A DNA stretch of 64,000 bases, taken from contig NC_043022.1 in the NCBI RefSeq assembly GCF_006345805.1, positions 24,428,001 through 24,492,000 of the forward strand. The letters are read 5' to 3'. Within the stretch, counting starts at the first letter, position 1. Each line of letters opens with the position of its first letter. The stretch comes from Octopus sinensis. Taxonomy: Eukaryota. Below the pieces are notes generated by a model. That model was not told the DNA's origin, made no database searches, and worked only from the letters and a program-made list of their open reading frames with translations. Shown in pieces: positions 61,047-64,000 of the stretch. A program made the position numbers and the translations under genes.

Positions 61047-61537
61047 CTATAGAAGGCACTTTTCCTAAGTTACCATCTGAATGGTTAAGAGGTTAGTTCA
61101 CTTCACGACCATGAGATTTCAAGTTCAATTTCTCAGTGTGACATTTTGAGCAAACATGTATACTATAACCATGGATGGAATGAAATTTGGTAAATGAGAA
61201 CCGATTTGAAGTTCATCAAATGAACTGTACTTGTAATCAGTAGTCACTTAACATCGCTCTGCTTCTAAGAATATTAAGGGTGCGCATGTTTATGGAATAC
61301 CTGGCCACTTCACACACCGATTCGATGAATAGGCTGTCCACTTGATCAAACAACTAGACATTCATGCCAAATTCAACAGGCAAGTCCATTAGTCCATTAT
61401 CATTCAAATACATAGAAAATATATGAAAAACAACTTTCTATAGATTGCTTGAAACTGACTTTCTTCCTACACCTTGACTCTTGGATCTTACCTTTATATT
61501 ATATATATCTATCTAATCTTATCTCTCTCTATCAATC

Positions 61538-61601
<64 letters not shown>

Positions 61602-62138
61602 AGAGGGAGTCTACATCACCACAGTTTTTCAATGAAAGAAATATGATATAGAAAAGACAAGAATGAGTGGAAAAAAAATTTAAGATGGAGGGAAAACAAA
61701 AGAAAAGATAAAAAAAAAGAACTTAACCAAGGGATTGAACACTATACCCTGGCACAATAACCAGGCCAGAGAGTTTATTTGACAAGAAAGCAAGCGGAAA
61801 TCAATAAAATCACAAACGTGGAAAAACAGAAAGAAAGAGAGAAAACTTTTGACATGGCAATCAAAATATCTGTATTGCTCACTGTACAATAACTGTCACT
61901 TGGAACCACTCAATCTATAACAACACCGACAGGTATAGAAGATGATGGTGATGATAATAATAATAATAATAATAACAAGGATGATGGTGATGACGATGGC
62001 CATAATAAAGCCTGTTGAAATAATCAAAGTTATAAACACGCATCTATGATAACGCAACTGCAATGAAGCATTAACAACAGCAAAGTGAATAATAAGAAAA
62101 CCTCAAATGCACACAAACACACACGTATATAAATGTAT

Positions 62139-62169
<31 letters not shown>

Positions 62170-62330
62170 ATAAATAGATGTCAATGGTTAAAAAGTATTC
62201 AGTACTGGAAGTAGAGTAAAAATATGTTTGACTATGGTTTCACCTTTTGCATCCTGGAAAACAATATTTCCAAGGACTCCAAGGATCAATTTCTTAATAA
62301 AATAGAATTTATTCTGAATTATCTCTTATA

Positions 62331-62626
62331 TATCATCATCATCATTTAACGTCCACTTTCCATGCCAGCATGGGTTGGGCGATTTTGACTGAGGGCTAGC
62401 GAGCTAGATGGCTGCACCAGTCTCCAATCTTGATCTGGCAGAGTTTCTACAGCTGGATGCCCTTCCTAATGCCAACCACTCCAAGAGTGTAGTGGGTGCT
62501 TTTTACGTGTCACCGGCACGGGGGCCAGTCAGGCGGTACTGGCAATGACCTCGCTCGAATCTTTTTACACGTGCCAGCGAAGCAACGTTGGTAACGATCA
62601 CGTTCGAATGGTGCCCTTGTACGTGC
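62331..62626 (-). mobile_element. Family D retroposon
   Basis: (CAT)n tail, D core and internal subrepeats. Confidence 0.88.
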
Positions 62627-62627
62627 C

Positions 62628-62659
<32 letters not shown>

Positions 62660-62804
62660 CCTCTTTTGTCTCTCTCTCTCTCTCTCTTTCTCTTTTGCAC
62701 ATACATGAGGGCTCTTTATTCAATACTGTTCCTTACTGGAGATTGGCAACAGGGAAAAAGCAATGCAACTACCAAGAACTCGCAATAACACACACATTCA
62801 TCAG

Positions 62805-62965
62805 AATGATGGCTGTATTGCTCAACTGGTACTTATTTAATCAAACCCTAAAGGATTAAAGAGAAAGTCGAGCTGAGTGGAATTTGAACTCAGAACGTAA
62901 AGAAGGATGAAATGCTGCTAAGCATTTTGGTCGGCTTGCTAACGATTCTGCCAACTCGCCACCTT
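62805..62965 (-). mobile_element. Family C SINE 5' two-thirds
   Basis: 'ctcaactggtacttattt...gaatttgaactcagaacgt...ctgccaactcgccacc'. Confidence 0.8.
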
Positions 62966-62974
62966 AATAATAAC

Positions 62975-63240
62975 AATGAGAAGAAGAAGAAGAAGATGAT
63001 GATGATGATGATGAAGATGAAGAAGAAGACAAAGAAAAAGACGATGAAGAAGACAAAGAAAAAGACGTTGAAGAAGAAGAAGAAGAAGAAGAAGAAAAGA
63101 AGAAGACGATGATGAAGAAGACAAAGACGAAGAAGACAAAGAAAAAGACGATGAAGAAGACAAAGAAGAAGATGATGAAGATGATGAAGAAAAAGAAAAA
63201 GACGATGAAGAAGAAGAAGAAGAAGAAGAAGAAGAAAATT
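62975..63240. repeat. (GAA/GAT/GAC)n tract with a 24-bp subrepeat
   Basis: 'gaagaagacaaagaaaaagacgat' recurs. Confidence 0.9.
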
Positions 63241-63589
63241 AAAAAGCCTCCACTAATGTTTTGTATAAGAAGTCATTGAATGTGTGTTAGCAACAGTAAA
63301 GGATTGAGTTAGCAACAGAAAGAGAGAGAGAAAGAGAGAGAGAGAACAGAAGCAGAAGAGTATTAAACATGTAAGAATGAAATAATGAGTTTTTTTTTGT
63401 GTGTGTGTAGCACAACAACAACAACAACATCAGATTGATGTGAATGATGTGAGGAGTTAGCAACAACAACTGATGCTAGTAATGCTAAACAGATTTTCCT
63501 TAAACTCCACAATAAATCAATAAATGTAAATGCGTTGGACGTACACATACACACGGGGGTGTGTATGCGAAATACATGCATGTGCAAAT

Positions 63590-63629
<40 letters not shown>

Positions 63630-63754
63630 ACACACACACACACACACTTTCCCATAAAAGATGAAGCAATAGTTTTATGATAATTCTGAATTTCCACTAA
63701 GGTTTCTTTTTGTCTTGTTACTGTTTGTTGTAACTAATTTAATTAAAAGAAGAA

Positions 63755-63755
63755 A

Positions 63756-63790
<35 letters not shown>

Positions 63791-63830
63791 TAACAATAAT
63801 AATAATAAAAATAATAAGAAGAAAAAAATA

Positions 63831-63867
<37 letters not shown>

Positions 63868-63906
63868 TAATAATAATAATAAAAATAATAATAATAATAA
63901 AAATAA

Positions 63907-63958
<52 letters not shown>

Positions 63959-64000
63959 TAAAAAATAATAATAATAATAATAATAACAATAATAATAATA
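63755..64000. repeat. (AAT)n microsatellite running to the window end
   Basis: Read directly. Confidence 0.95.

Noticed and set aside
62975-63240. Acidic E/D/K-rich coding exon
   Set aside because: Simple triplet expansion adjoining a SINE head, with a frameshift and no splice signals.

Overview
A 64-kb eukaryotic window that is AT-rich, dense in microsatellites and saturated with transposons. The repeat content (tRNA-headed SINEs, TTAGGG motifs, extreme AT/CA/AAT microsatellite load) points to a coleoid cephalopod, most likely an octopus; this is recognition from memory, not a database result. No intact protein-coding gene is visible. Almost all ORFs in the track are translated microsatellites or repeat fragments. 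The only ORFs with recognisable protein motifs are LINE reverse-transcriptase C-termini: CR1-group at about 21.0-21.7 kb and 53.7-54.1 kb, and RTE at 51.9 kb and 60.8-61.0 kb. I label the recurring short families A-F. A, B and C are tRNA-derived SINEs, D is a (GAT)n-tailed retroposon, and E and F are TTAA-flanked MITEs. There are also hAT MITEs and Penelope-like ends. The window is probably part of a very long intron of a minus-strand gene. Evidence is a strong 3' splice site fused directly to GTAAGT at 22.5 kb (candidate recursive splice site) and a candidate 10-nt microexon at 56.4 kb. The most interesting signals are: (i) several type-I hammerhead ribozyme motifs with palindromic helix III, the best inside a ~190-nt hairpin-rich retrozyme-like element at 24.7-24.9 kb; (ii) the candidate recursive splice site; (iii) a 14-unit, ~144-bp satellite formed inside one retroposon, with an incipient dimeric higher-order pattern; (iv) a covarying 3' stem-loop shared by a CR1 LINE and SINE family A. 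Repeat boundaries are approximate (about +/-10-20 nt) unless a target-site duplication (TSD) is quoted.
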